Shown in pieces: positions 27,636-38,044 of a stretch of 64,000 nt of DNA (the first letter of the stretch is position 1; each line of letters opens with the position of its first letter). The notes below the pieces were generated by a model. It was not told where the DNA came from. It searched no databases and worked only from the letters and a program-made list of their open reading frames with translations. Made by a program: the position numbers and the translations under genes. The stretch is taken from contig JBCBZT010000003.1 in NCBI GenBank assembly GCA_039815185.1, forward strand, positions 96,001 to 160,000. The letters run 5' to 3'. The DNA is from Cyanobacteria bacterium P01_A01_bin.123. GTDB lineage: Bacteria > Cyanobacteriota > Cyanobacteriia > Phormidesmidales > Phormidesmidaceae.

Positions 27636-27753
27636 CCCGTGTGTTTAGGACAACTTGTCTCGATCTTAGTACATTTGAACCAAAATTTGCCCAGTTTGAA
27701 GCTTTGAGTTTTTAGCTCAAGGCAAAACTATGGGAATGTTGGAGGTTTAACGG

Positions 27754-29556
27754 CTACAGCTTGAGCACAGCCATAAAGGCCTCTTGGGGGACGTCCACTG
27801 TCCCTAGGGCCTTCATTCGCTTTTTACCTTTTGCCTGTTTTTGCAGCAGTTTCTTCTTGCGCGAAATGTCGCCACCGTAGCACTTTGACAAGACATCTTT
27901 GCGCAGGGCTGGAATACTTTCGCTAGCAATGATGCGGCTGCCGATGGCCGCCTGGAGGGGAATTTTGAACTGATGCCGGGGAATCAGCTCCTTGAGTTTT
28001 TCAACCAAGCCTCGACCGACGTTGTAGGCTTTGTCTCGATGAACGATGGTGGCCAAAGGATCGACGGGGTCGCTGTTGATCATCACGTCGAGACGAACCA
28101 GATGATTGGTGCGATAGCCGATGAGTTGATATTCCATGCTGGCGTAGCCCCGCGATCGCGACTTCATTTGGTCAAAGAAGTCGGTGACGACTTCTGCCAG
28201 GGGAATTTCATAGGTCAGAGTCGTACGGCCTTGGGTCAGATAGCGCATATCCTTAAACTCGCCGCGTCGACTTTGACTCAACTCCATCAGCGGCCCCACA
28301 AACTCCTCAGGTAAAATCATTTCGACTTTGACATAGGGCTCTTCAATTTTCTCCCGCTCTTGGGGCGAGGGCAGCATGCTGGGGTTGTCAATTTCCAACA
28401 CTTCTCCTGAAATTGTCGTGACCCGATAAATCACCGAGGGCGCGGTGGTGATTAGATCGAGGTTATATTCACGCTCCAAGCGTTCCTGCACAATCTCCAT
28501 GTGCAACAACCCTAAAAAGCCACAGCGGAAGCCAAATCCCATAGCGCTGGAGGTTTCTGGCTCGTAGCTCAAAGCCGCATCATTAAGCCGTAGTTTATCG
28601 AGGGCTTCCCGCAAATCTTCAAACTGATCGGAGTCAGTGGGAAACAAACCACAGAACACCATTGGCTTGGCTTCTACATAGCCTGGCAAAGGTTTGGGGG
28701 CAGAGGATTTAACCAGGGTGATCGTGTCGCCAACCCGTGCATCTTCAACGGCTTTGATGGCGGCAGCAAAATAGCCCACTTCCCCGGCATGGAGCTCGTC
28801 TACCTCAACTTGGGTGGGAGAAAGGACGCCCAGTTCGTCAATGACGTATTCTTTTTTAGAGGCCATCAATTTGACGCGATCGCCCTTGCGCACGGCACCA
28901 TCCATCACCCGGAAATACACGATCACCCCCCGATAAGGATCGTAATAGCTGTCAAAAATCAAGGCTCGCAGCGGGTCTTGCAGCGTATCTTGGGGCGGTG
29001 GTACCAAGAAGACAATGGATTCCAAAATCTCGTCAATGCCGATTCCCTCTTTGGCTGACGCTAAAATGGCGTTGCTGCAATCTAGGCCAATGATTTCTTC
29101 TATTTCAGCCTTAATCCGCTCAGGATCAGCACCGGGTAAATCAATCTTGTTGAGTACTGGAATAATTTCTAAATCGTGCTCTAAAGCCAAATAGACATTG
29201 GCTAGGGTTTGGGCTTCAACCCCCTGGGATGCGTCGACGACCAGCAATGCCCCTTCACAGGCTGCTAAGGAACGAGAGACCTCATAGGAAAAATCAACGT
29301 GGCCGGGGGTGTCAATCAGATTAAGGACATAATCTTCACCGTCCCGGGCAGTGTAGTTCATGCGGGCGGCTTGCAGTTTAATGGTGATGCCCCGTTCGCG
29401 TTCGATATCCATGCTGTCCAGGAACTGGGCTTTCATGTCGCGATCGCTGACCGTGCCTGTGGTTTGCAGCAGACGATCGGCCAGGGTGGACTTACCGTGG
29501 TCAATGTGGGCAATAATTGAGAAGTTGCGGATACGGGAAATCGGAGCGTCAGTCAT
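27754..29556 (-). CDS. lepA: Elongation factor 4
   Basis: '[20 protein letters not shown]', '[11 protein letters not shown]', '[13 protein letters not shown]'. Confidence 0.98.
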   Translation of the reverse strand: MTDAPISRIRNFSIIAHIDHGKSTLADRLLQTTGTVSDRDMKAQFLDSMDIERERGITIKLQAARMNYTARDGEDYVLNLIDTPGHVDFSYEVSRSLAACEGALLVVDASQGVEAQTLANVYLALEHDLEIIPVLNKIDLPGADPERIKAEIEEIIGLDCSNAILASAKEGIGIDEILESIVFLVPPPQDTLQDPLRALIFDSYYDPYRGVIVYFRVMDGAVRKGDRVKLMASKKEYVIDELGVLSPTQVEVDELHAGEVGYFAAAIKAVEDARVGDTITLVKSSAPKPLPGYVEAKPMVFCGLFPTDSDQFEDLREALDKLRLNDAALSYEPETSSAMGFGFRCGFLGLLHMEIVQERLEREYNLDLITTAPSVIYRVTTISGEVLEIDNPSMLPSPQEREKIEEPYVKVEMILPEEFVGPLMELSQSRRGEFKDMRYLTQGRTTLTYEIPLAEVVTDFFDQMKSRSRGYASMEYQLIGYRTNHLVRLDVMINSDPVDPLATIVHRDKAYNVGRGLVEKLKELIPRHQFKIPLQAAIGSRIIASESIPALRKDVLSKCYGGDISRKKKLLQKQAKGKKRMKALGTVDVPQEAFMAVLKL

Positions 29557-29715
29557 TAGACAGCCTATGGCTAATCAGGTTTCTTACTTAAGGTATTGTA
29601 ATCCTTTGGTTGAATGAGGTGCGGGAATGACGCGGCCTGAGCAGAATCCTTTGCCTAACTTCCAGTATCATTCGTGAGCGCATAGACAGAAATTTTTAGG
29701 ATTTCGATCAATATT

Positions 29716-29961
29716 ATGGATGAACAAAACGCTGCAGCAGAGACATCTAAACCCAGCCCAGCTTCAGATAAAGTTGAAATTGCTATTGAACTGGATGCTA
29801 AGTTACTGGATCAAATCAACCATCTCACCAGTAATCCGAGTAAGGTGATTGAGGTTGCCGTGCGTCAATGGTTAAGGGGCGGAACACGACGTGATGACGA
29901 CCTCTCTCGAACAATGCACCGAAATCCTCCGGTACCGCCTCGGGGCGAATGGAATGACTAA
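29716..29961 (+). CDS. Small ribbon-helix-helix-like conserved cyanobacterial protein
   Basis: 'VEIAIELDAKLLDQINHLT...VIEVAVRQWL...PPRGEWND'. Confidence 0.7.
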   Translation: MDEQNAAAETSKPSPASDKVEIAIELDAKLLDQINHLTSNPSKVIEVAVRQWLRGGTRRDDDLSRTMHRNPPVPPRGEWND

Positions 29962-30381
29962 TTGGACTTCTAGGCAGCAACATTGTATTTGCGGGTTTTA
30001 CCTCAGGTTAATCAGCTTTGTGGCAAGAAATGTACGAGCATCTGTTACTGAAGTGCTGTTTTGGGTCACTTTAGAATAAGTAACAGCAGGGTTTGTACTC
30101 AGTCATGTTTTTACGATGACGTTTGGATTGGGGTGCGATGGTTAAAGGTTATTGCGAGAGTGCCATTGTGGGATCTAGCGCGTCCTCACCTTGGCAACTG
30201 TGGACATCCCCTGACCCCTATGCCCTAATTCCCTTAAGCCGGATACCATGGGCGTGATAAACCACATCCGATTTGAAAACTTGAGTTTTTAGTTTGGGAA
30301 AAACTATGGATCTGGATGTGACCAAGGTTTACTTCTCTATGCATCTGACCTACTACGGCGACATTTCCGGTTCTTAGACGC

Positions 30382-32277
30382 ATGACACAGTCAGCCAGTG
30401 CTCAAACTTCCCGAAGCAATTTATCGTCCGCTGCTGCATCCTCCCATGCCATGACTGGGGCGATGACGTCTTACCCCGATAAATGGGGCAAGCTTTTGCT
30501 TCTCCACAGCGTAACGGGCGAAGTCTCACTGATTCAATGGCCCGGTGCCGAAGCCTTCCGGCTCAACTTGGCTGCAACGGGTAGTGCAATGGTCAATACC
30601 TTGATTGCAAACAAGGCTTTTCCTCGTTATTGGGAGAGTGTACAGCAAGTGTTAACCCAAGGGCGCATCCTGCAAGCAACGGTTCCCTTCCAGTTTGGCC
30701 CAACGCTGTTGACGTTTGACCTGTCGTTGCATCCTGTTTTGGGAGAATCTGGACAGCCAGAGCAGGTAATGGCAATCGGCCAACTGATTGCTTCAACTGA
30801 AAAGCCAGCTGGGTTACCCGAGATTGCTACACCCCTCAGCGTCTCAGCGGCTCCAGAGACCGCAGAAACTCTGGATGCCTCAAGCGAGGACATTTACCAT
30901 GACCAGTTGACTCAGATCACCTGGAATATCCGCCGTACTTTGGATTTAGACACTATTTGGCAACAGACCGCTACTGGTTTGGGTGCCATGCTTGGGGTGA
31001 GTCGCTGTTTGATCTGTTCCTATCGCGAGGAAACGGCTGCTGTAAAAGTAGAGGCAGAGTATAGCCAAACGGAAGCTGAACCGTTTTGGCTAGGGCAGCT
31101 ACTGCATACGACCCAACTTCCCTGTCTAGACCGCGCGATCGCCTGTTTGCAGCCCATTGCCGAAGACTTTGCCTCATTCTCTAAGGACGGCAACCCCGAC
31201 CTTGGCACAGCTTTAGCTATTGCCACTTGTTATCAAGACATGCCCAACGGGCTGATTGTACTTTATTCCGAGCAGCCCCATGAATGGACACCGTTAGAAA
31301 TTGATGCCATTGGCGAACTTGCGGATCAAGTCGGTACGGCGATCGCGCATGCCACTCTCTTTAGTGAAGGTCAGGCTCTAGCGGTTGAACTGCAACGAGC
31401 CAACGATAGCCTGATCCAAAAACACCGAGAACTCGAAGACGCTCGTCGACAAGCGGAAGATGCCCGTACCCAAGCCGAAGAAGCCTCTCGCCTCAAAAGC
31501 GAATTTCTGGCAAATACCTCCCATGAGTTGCGGACACCGCTCAACGGCATGATCGGCTTTCTAAAGCTGGTGCTTGACGGTATGGCTGATGATCCGGAAG
31601 AACAAGAGGATTTTATTCGAGAGGCCCATCAGTCGGCTCTGCATCTGCTCAATTTAATTAATGATGTGTTGGACATCGCCAAAATTGAAGCCGGTAAGAT
31701 GCAGATCGATATGGGGACTGTAGAACTCAAAGAGCTGTTTAGCAATGTTGAGAACTTTAGCCGTCCCCAGGCTGAGCAAAAGGGACTCGGCTACGAGATT
31801 TTGATGCCTGCAACGCGAGACGCGATTTTGCTTCAGGGTAATTATCAGCGCTTGCTTCAGGTGATGCTTAACCTCGTGGGCAATGGGATCAAATTCACCC
31901 ATGAGGGGGGGATCTCGATTAGTGCTGAGGTTAAACACCAAAAAGTGACTTTTCAAGGGCAAGAGTGGCCGGGCACAGTCAAAATCAGTGTGGCTGATAC
32001 CGGTATTGGCGTTTCCCTTGAAAAGCAGGATCGGCTATTTCAAACCTTTAGCCAGGTGGATGGTGAGCGCACCCGCCAGTATGGTGGCACGGGGCTAGGA
32101 TTGGCCATCTCGCAGAAGTTGATAGAAGCAATGGGGGGAGTTGTGCAGTTCATCAGCATGGGCGAAGGTCTGGGCTCAACCGTGACCTTTACCGTATTGC
32201 TTTATCAAGAACCCGTGGTTATCTCTGCCGAACCGATTAGCCCGCCAACGGGTTCTGTGGGGGGAGCGTCAGAATAG
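30382..32277 (+). CDS. Sensor histidine kinase (PAS-like + GAF + HisKA + HATPase)
   Basis: GAF 'IRRTLDLDTIWQ...LADQVGTAIAHA', H-box 'SHELRTPLN', N-box 'NLVGNGIKFT', G1 'DTGIG', G2 'GGTGLGL'. Confidence 0.93.
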   Translation: MTQSASAQTSRSNLSSAAASSHAMTGAMTSYPDKWGKLLLLHSVTGEVSLIQWPGAEAFRLNLAATGSAMVNTLIANKAFPRYWESVQQVLTQGRILQATVPFQFGPTLLTFDLSLHPVLGESGQPEQVMAIGQLIASTEKPAGLPEIATPLSVSAAPETAETLDASSEDIYHDQLTQITWNIRRTLDLDTIWQQTATGLGAMLGVSRCLICSYREETAAVKVEAEYSQTEAEPFWLGQLLHTTQLPCLDRAIACLQPIAEDFASFSKDGNPDLGTALAIATCYQDMPNGLIVLYSEQPHEWTPLEIDAIGELADQVGTAIAHATLFSEGQALAVELQRANDSLIQKHRELEDARRQAEDARTQAEEASRLKSEFLANTSHELRTPLNGMIGFLKLVLDGMADDPEEQEDFIREAHQSALHLLNLINDVLDIAKIEAGKMQIDMGTVELKELFSNVENFSRPQAEQKGLGYEILMPATRDAILLQGNYQRLLQVMLNLVGNGIKFTHEGGISISAEVKHQKVTFQGQEWPGTVKISVADTGIGVSLEKQDRLFQTFSQVDGERTRQYGGTGLGLAISQKLIEAMGGVVQFISMGEGLGSTVTFTVLLYQEPVVISAEPISPPTGSVGGASE

Positions 32278-32291
32278 GACGAGGCTAGAAC

Positions 32292-33134
32292 CTATGGCTC
32301 TAAAAATTGGGGACGGGCCGCTTGGCTGCGTTTCAGTTGGGCTTCTAGTTCAGGCCAGTGTTGTTGGTCGATGAGTTGCAGCAAGTCATCGATCTGTTGT
32401 CGATAACTGTGTAGCGATCGCAGCAGTTCATCCCGATTAAACTGAGCCATCATCATCCCTAGTTCTGGATTGCCCCCGCCAACTCGACTGGTATCGCGGA
32501 AACCAGAACTGGCCAGATCTTGCGCTAGCTGCAATACAGTGGTGTTGGATTCACCCAGACAAGCCTGAATCAAGCCTGTGCTGACCATTACGGGTAAGTG
32601 AGAAATCCAAGCTACGGCCCGATCATGATCCGTAGGGCTACACTGATGCAGCCTAGCGCGCACTGTCTTCACGAGGGTTTCTACCGTTGCCACAGCCTCA
32701 ATCGGGGTTTCTGCCAAAGGCGTCAAGACGTAGGGGCGCTGTATGAATAAACCTGCTTCAGCTACAGCTAGGCCTGCTTCTGCTTTGCCCGCCATGGGAT
32801 GTCCACCCACAAAATTCGGCCAAAGGGCGGTGGCCTGTGCCACTAAGGGGCCTTTTACCGAACCGACATCAGTGATGATCGTGTCGGGTTGGAGATGGGG
32901 CGTAAGTTGCCGCACTGTAGGGCAAATCGCGGCAATTGGGGTACAGATAAAGACCACCTCAGCCGTCGCTAAACTGGCTAGGTGAGTCGATGCGGTGTGA
33001 ACAACCTGGTGTGCTAAAGCCTGGTCAACAGTCTCCTGCCGCCGACTTACCCCCAAGACCTGATGCCCTGCTGCCCTGAAGTCTAGCCCCAGGGACCCCC
33101 CAATCAACCCTAACCCGATAATCCCAATATTCAT
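32292..33134 (-). CDS. tyrA: Prephenate/arogenate dehydrogenase
   Basis: 'MNIGIIGLGLIGGS', 'TDVGSVK', 'GGHPMAG', 'SHLP', 'GFRDTSRV'. Confidence 0.93.
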   Translation of the reverse strand: MNIGIIGLGLIGGSLGLDFRAAGHQVLGVSRRQETVDQALAHQVVHTASTHLASLATAEVVFICTPIAAICPTVRQLTPHLQPDTIITDVGSVKGPLVAQATALWPNFVGGHPMAGKAEAGLAVAEAGLFIQRPYVLTPLAETPIEAVATVETLVKTVRARLHQCSPTDHDRAVAWISHLPVMVSTGLIQACLGESNTTVLQLAQDLASSGFRDTSRVGGGNPELGMMMAQFNRDELLRSLHSYRQQIDDLLQLIDQQHWPELEAQLKRSQAARPQFLEP

Positions 33135-33391
33135 CGCTGGCTTTCCTAGACATTTCCTAGATATCAAAAACGGGTCAGCCCCAATTCTCATTATTGACGG
33201 ATGGGACGGGTACTCTGAGCTAAAGGGAACCTTTTGCTCAGGAGCGCTTAGGTCTTGAAAGTACCAATTTCCCTGATGCCAAGTAACCGCCACAATGTTT
33301 TGTGCGGTTGCCAAACCATCTTGCTGCGCTGGTAAAGCGGTTAAGCAATGTGGCCAAAGCTACACGTCACCTTATCGGACTGCACTACCCC

Positions 33392-34915
33392 ATGAAAGCT
33401 GAGGAACTGCTGAAAAAATACGCGGCGGGTCTGCGGGATTTTGCCGGAATCAATCTCAATGAAACCAGTTTAATTGGAGCGACGCTCCCGGAAATCATTT
33501 TGCGGGGTGCGAGTCTTAATGTGGCGAATCTCAACAGCGTTAACTTTAGCCACAGCGACTTAGCTCACGCTTCCCTTAACGTCAGCCGTCTGAGTGGGGC
33601 TAACCTCAGCCATGCCAATCTGTCCCAGGCCAACCTAAATGTAGCCAACCTGATTAGGGCGGTACTGATCAGTGCGGATCTCTCTGGGGTATCAATGGTG
33701 AGGGCAGAACTGTTGAGGGCAGAGCTTAGCAGCACTAACTTGAGTGGGGCCAACCTCAGTGAGTCAGATTTGCGCGAAGTCCGTTTGCGTTGGGCCGATT
33801 TGAGTCAAGCAAACCTCAGTCGAGTAGACTTGCGCTTTAGTGTGCTGACTGCCGCTAATCTCAAGGCAGCCACGCTTCATGCTGCTGATTTGAGTCAGGC
33901 CAATTTGAGTGGGGCTAATCTGGTCGAGGCCGAGCTGCGTCATGCCAATCTCAATGGTGCCAATTTGCGGGGTGCCAATTTGCGGGGTGCCAATCTACGT
34001 TGGGCCGACCTGACTGGTGCTGATTTGCGCGAGGCCGATCTAAGTGATGCAAAACTCAGCGGTACCAATTTGGTCGGGGCTAATTTAGCGGGGGCTGATT
34101 TGGTTCAAACCAGTCTTGTGCATGCCAATTTGCTGAATGCCAATTTGATGTACACCCACTGTAGTGATGCCGATTGGACGGGAGCAACTCTGACTGGTGC
34201 TAAGCTCCATGGTGCTGTTTGCACGGGGTTAATTACAGCAGAACTTAACTGCGACTGGATTGATATGAGCACTACGGGCGATCGCAGCTGTATCCAAGCG
34301 TTTGAAGAAACGACTGAGATTGAACAATTTTTCAACCGGGCAATGCCCGTGATTGAAATCATCGTGGACGCTCCCCTTGACCAGTCCGCTAATCTTGCCT
34401 TAGCCAGTGCCTATCACCAGCTTTCGCAGGTAACTGGGGTGTTGGCCGCACCGCCCAATCTCAAGCGCAGTGGCCGCAAGACAATCTTGACTTTCTCCGT
34501 GCCGCCGGATGCGGATCTGGTGCTGACAACCTATCTAGTCACATTACCCTTCAAGGCGGCTGCGACTCTAGAGCCAATGCTCAAAACCCTACTCAAATAT
34601 CTACATGGCTCAGCGTCCCCAAATGAGGGAGAGCCCGTCATTGATGTGTACCAAATGCTGCCCTCGTCTAAACAGGCGTTGGTGGCTTTGCAAGACCGCC
34701 ATTATTGGAACGACAAGTTCTTTCAGAGTCCGCTGCAGATTTCTTTGACTAACAGTCATCGTCAAACGCTAGAACTTTACCAAAGCCAGGGGTTTGGCAT
34801 CCGTGGAATTCAGCCTGAGGCAATGCATTCACAATCTCCGTTGCGACAACCCAGCCTGTCTACCCCAGACGCTTTACTGGCGTTTATTCAGGGCAGCAAT
34901 TCTTTGGGAAAGTAG
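33392..34915 (+). CDS. Pentapeptide-repeat protein with a non-repeat C-terminal domain
   Basis: Long A(N/D)LXX array after 'MKAEELLKKYAAGLRDF'. Confidence 0.93.
   Translation: MKAEELLKKYAAGLRDFAGINLNETSLIGATLPEIILRGASLNVANLNSVNFSHSDLAHASLNVSRLSGANLSHANLSQANLNVANLIRAVLISADLSGVSMVRAELLRAELSSTNLSGANLSESDLREVRLRWADLSQANLSRVDLRFSVLTAANLKAATLHAADLSQANLSGANLVEAELRHANLNGANLRGANLRGANLRWADLTGADLREADLSDAKLSGTNLVGANLAGADLVQTSLVHANLLNANLMYTHCSDADWTGATLTGAKLHGAVCTGLITAELNCDWIDMSTTGDRSCIQAFEETTEIEQFFNRAMPVIEIIVDAPLDQSANLALASAYHQLSQVTGVLAAPPNLKRSGRKTILTFSVPPDADLVLTTYLVTLPFKAAATLEPMLKTLLKYLHGSASPNEGEPVIDVYQMLPSSKQALVALQDRHYWNDKFFQSPLQISLTNSHRQTLELYQSQGFGIRGIQPEAMHSQSPLRQPSLSTPDALLAFIQGSNSLGK
33956..33994 (+). 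repeat. Exact 15-bp tandem repeat (GGTGCCAATTTGCGG x2 plus a partial unit) within the pentapeptide gene
   Basis: Read directly; encodes GANLR units. Confidence 0.9.
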
Positions 34916-34978
34916 GAACGTGTATTTTCGGTATGCCACAATGTAGGTCATCGTGCGATTTAGCTCACTCCTTGCCCT

Positions 34979-36523
34979 GTGATTGAAGCCGAAGTTCACC
35001 AACGCCTTAGAGCTTTCCTGCGAGAGCAGGGAGAGCCTTACTGGCCTCACCATTTGACGATGGCGAGGTTAGTGGCGCGGGCATTGCGTCTGGGCCGTAG
35101 TGCCCTGATTCAAACCGGAGGAACCTCTGCTTATCATGGCCGACATCGTTTGAGCTATCTCATGCCGGCCTTGCTTTGGCCTGGGGCAGTGGTGTTGGTG
35201 TTGCCGGATGATATGCAGCAACGCGTTCTCAATATTGAGGTGCCGCGTCTACGTCAGTGGATGCCGATGATTAAACCGATTCAATCTGGCGATCGCTGGC
35301 CTAATCAGGGCTATCAAGGTTTGTTACTGACCACCCCCCGGGCGTGGCTTTCTGATTGGCTTGCTGAGCAAGGGCGTTTCCCCCAAGGGATCCCGACGTT
35401 GATTGATGGTGTCGATAACTTTGAAGTTTGGGTCAGACAAACCCTCACAGTTACCCTCCAAAGCCAAGACTGGGATAGCTTGATGTGGGCCTGCCCTATC
35501 CATCAAGAGCTGATTCGCGATGTGCGGGTTCAGTTAACCCGTGCCCTATTTAATCGATCTGAAAATCCTTACGGCTGCTATTTGGTTGATGATCCTGAAC
35601 GAACTGCCTTAGCTGAGCTTTACCAGAGTCTTCTAAATGATATTCCGGCTTTGGAAACATTACTGCCCCCTGCTTGGCAAAGCTTTTGGCGGGTATTTTT
35701 GCATGCCGATAAGCTCCTGTGGGCCACCGTATCTCGCCGCCAAGGACAATTTATCCTGAGCTGCTCCCCGGCAGAGGTGGGCTCCATCCTGCGATCGCGT
35801 TGGTCGCAGCAACCGGTTGTGTTGATGGGGGCTGCTCTAGATCTAGATGCCCAGGCATCGGCCTACCGCCAACGCCTGGGGCTTGAGGATCTAACCTGCC
35901 TCAAGTTCTCTCCCGATCGGCAGCAGGAAGCGATTCACCTCTACTTACCCGATCGATTGCCTCTACCCAACACCCCTGAGTTTCAAGGGGCAATGATGCT
36001 AGAGATTCGTACCCTACTCACCCGTGCTGTTGGTGGACAGGGGCTAACTGTGGTTCTTGTGGGAGACATGCCACTGAAAGATCAGGTGGGTTCAATACTG
36101 GCAGCTGAATTTGGGTCTCGGGTACAGGTTGAGAGAACATGCCTGGATGATAACGGCATTTTGGTTACAGGTTGGACTTTTTGGCAGCGACATCAGCAGG
36201 TGCTACCCGCCCCCCAACTGCTTATCATAGCGACCTTACCGATTCCGTCCCTTGAAGATCCACTGGTTTCAGAGCGCGTTGCTTACTACAAACGACAGCG
36301 CCAAGACTGGTTTCGCCTGTATTTGCTTCCCGAGGCCCTATCAGAATTGCAGCGGGCGATCGCGCCTATTCGCGATCGACAAGGCGTGGTTGCTCTACTT
36401 GATAATCGGATCAACCATCGCAGTTACGGCGATCAAGTGCTTGCTGCGCTTAGCCCTGCGGCAAGAAGTAACTACATCGATTCAACTTGGTTTGACCTGC
36501 CTAATCCATCTCTATTAGACTAG
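34979..36523 (+). CDS. DinG/Rad3-like helicase C-terminal-domain protein with degenerate ATPase motifs
   Basis: 'PHHLTMARLVARAL', C-terminal 'LIIATLPIP...ELQRAI...VALLDNR...YG'; Walker A and DEAH not canonical. Confidence 0.8.
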   Translation: MIEAEVHQRLRAFLREQGEPYWPHHLTMARLVARALRLGRSALIQTGGTSAYHGRHRLSYLMPALLWPGAVVLVLPDDMQQRVLNIEVPRLRQWMPMIKPIQSGDRWPNQGYQGLLLTTPRAWLSDWLAEQGRFPQGIPTLIDGVDNFEVWVRQTLTVTLQSQDWDSLMWACPIHQELIRDVRVQLTRALFNRSENPYGCYLVDDPERTALAELYQSLLNDIPALETLLPPAWQSFWRVFLHADKLLWATVSRRQGQFILSCSPAEVGSILRSRWSQQPVVLMGAALDLDAQASAYRQRLGLEDLTCLKFSPDRQQEAIHLYLPDRLPLPNTPEFQGAMMLEIRTLLTRAVGGQGLTVVLVGDMPLKDQVGSILAAEFGSRVQVERTCLDDNGILVTGWTFWQRHQQVLPAPQLLIIATLPIPSLEDPLVSERVAYYKRQRQDWFRLYLLPEALSELQRAIAPIRDRQGVVALLDNRINHRSYGDQVLAALSPAARSNYIDSTWFDLPNPSLLD

Positions 36524-36587
36524 CTACCCAGACTAAGGCAGGTGTCCTATTCTAGTTAGAGTGTTTCAACTGGAGGCAGGGAAAACT

Positions 36588-36803
36588 ATGGGGGAATCCA
36601 AACGTCGTCGTGAACAGTTAGGAGAAGACTACGGCAAAGAAGCCAATGTGTTGCCTTGGCTACCCTTTAAGAAGGCCCAAGCCGAACAGTTTGTGAAGTG
36701 GACTACCCGAGGAGCCTGGATTGGTATCGGTTTGATGATCGCCCTTTGGTTAACGATTCGCTTCATCGGCCCAGGATTTGGCTGGTGGGAAATTGTTGAT
36801 TGA
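36588..36803 (+). CDS. DUF2839 family small membrane protein
   Basis: 'MGESKRRRE...TTRGAWIGIG...RFIGPGFGWW'. Confidence 0.85.
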   Translation: MGESKRRREQLGEDYGKEANVLPWLPFKKAQAEQFVKWTTRGAWIGIGLMIALWLTIRFIGPGFGWWEIVD

Positions 36804-37293
36804 GTTGGGCACAATGACAGCAATACACTAAGCTAGCGTGAACCAAGGGAACGTTTTTATGACAACTTGGGCTTCCTGCGCTAGAACAGAGTAGAGACGA
36901 ATAAACATCTGAGTTGAAAGCTTGAGTAGAGGCTCAGGGCTCTTCAGAAGATCTGTCGGGGAAACGGTAAATCTAGATATAGACAAGGTTTATTCAGGAA
37001 ATGTCATAGTTATTTGCATAAAACGCCTAAGACTGTCTTTGCGGATACGGCTTTGGTCGATATCAGCTTCTATGCTGATGCGAGTGTAATCAGGGCGTAT
37101 ATGTACAGTAGGTGGAAAGCAGTAGCGCAGGTTGGCCCCTGGTTTTTATACCGGGTTACATTTCTAGAACCTTACTTTGGCTTCTTAGGGCAGCATCTTT
37201 AAGTCCAAGGGTAGATTGGATAGGATAAAATCTTAAGAAAGTTTTAATTAAGTCGTAAAATTGAAAAATATGTGGTGACGAGGGAGTGAAGTC

Positions 37294-37638
37294 ATGTTTA
37301 TTAGGCTTGCAGAGCAGCACCGTCAGTTTGTCAAAGATCTAGTTATGGATCTTCAAGCGCTGGCGATCGTACTCGAAAATAAGGGGTATCTAGCATCCTG
37401 CTACACCTGTGGTGGCCAAATGAACAGTGCTTCATTTATGGTGAGTTTGGGTGGCGATCATCTTATTCGGTTTTTGGTCTCCGACTACGGCATTACTTGG
37501 ACTGAGATGCGAGACGATCGTGAGCTGATGAAGTTGGAAGGCGCAGAAGCGATCAGCCAGCTTCAAGAACTCGCAAACTTGGCCAAATATCAGTTTCAGG
37601 CCACCGATACTGACCCAATGCCGCTCCAGCGTGCTTAA
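37294..37638 (+). CDS. DUF1815 family protein
   Basis: 'MFIRLAEQHRQFVKDL...ASCYTCG...RFLVSDYGITWTE'. Confidence 0.85.
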   Translation: MFIRLAEQHRQFVKDLVMDLQALAIVLENKGYLASCYTCGGQMNSASFMVSLGGDHLIRFLVSDYGITWTEMRDDRELMKLEGAEAISQLQELANLAKYQFQATDTDPMPLQRA

Positions 37639-38044
37639 GCTGTTGTTTGTATGGATGCGCGGTTGGGTTTGGTGATGTGTGTGGGTCGCCTTGTTTGAGT
37701 TGCTGAGCCTGGGTGCTAGCAGTGCCGTATTCTCATCAAACCCTGAGCAGGGCCAACATCATTAAACTTGCTAAGGCGCAGATTTTCAGAGGTGTTAATT
37801 TAACGGCTCTTGGCGCTTTCAGTTCAGGGCAGAGCCTCATCAACGTTTTAGGGCAATGCTCCCTCCCCAGCCATCATCATTTCTGGGATGAGCACGATGG
37901 CGGTTGTTCAGTTCATTGCTGATCCGCGTCGTGTGATGGGTACACTCAACCAGGATGGTAGGATACTCGGTGGGTTTTCGTGTAAAGGCTTGCCACTATA
38001 TTGAGGATCCACCCATGAATAATCTTGGATTAATTTAATTGTCT

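Noticed and set aside
27668..27681. AGTACATTTGAACC as a LexA box
   Set aside because: The second half-site mismatches the cyanobacterial GTAC-N4-GTWC pattern; too weak alone.
29716..29961. Small RHH-like gene as the antitoxin of a TA system
   Set aside because: No adjacent toxin gene; it sits in a core context divergent from lepA.
33392..34230. Strong 15-bp periodicity as a DNA repeat element
   Set aside because: Fully explained by pentapeptide-repeat coding.
36804..38040. Long intergenic stretches around DUF1815, including ORFs 37014..37202 and 37713..37922, as ncRNA or small genes
   Set aside because: No recognisable RNA family, terminator or protein motif, and both ORFs use weak non-ATG starts.
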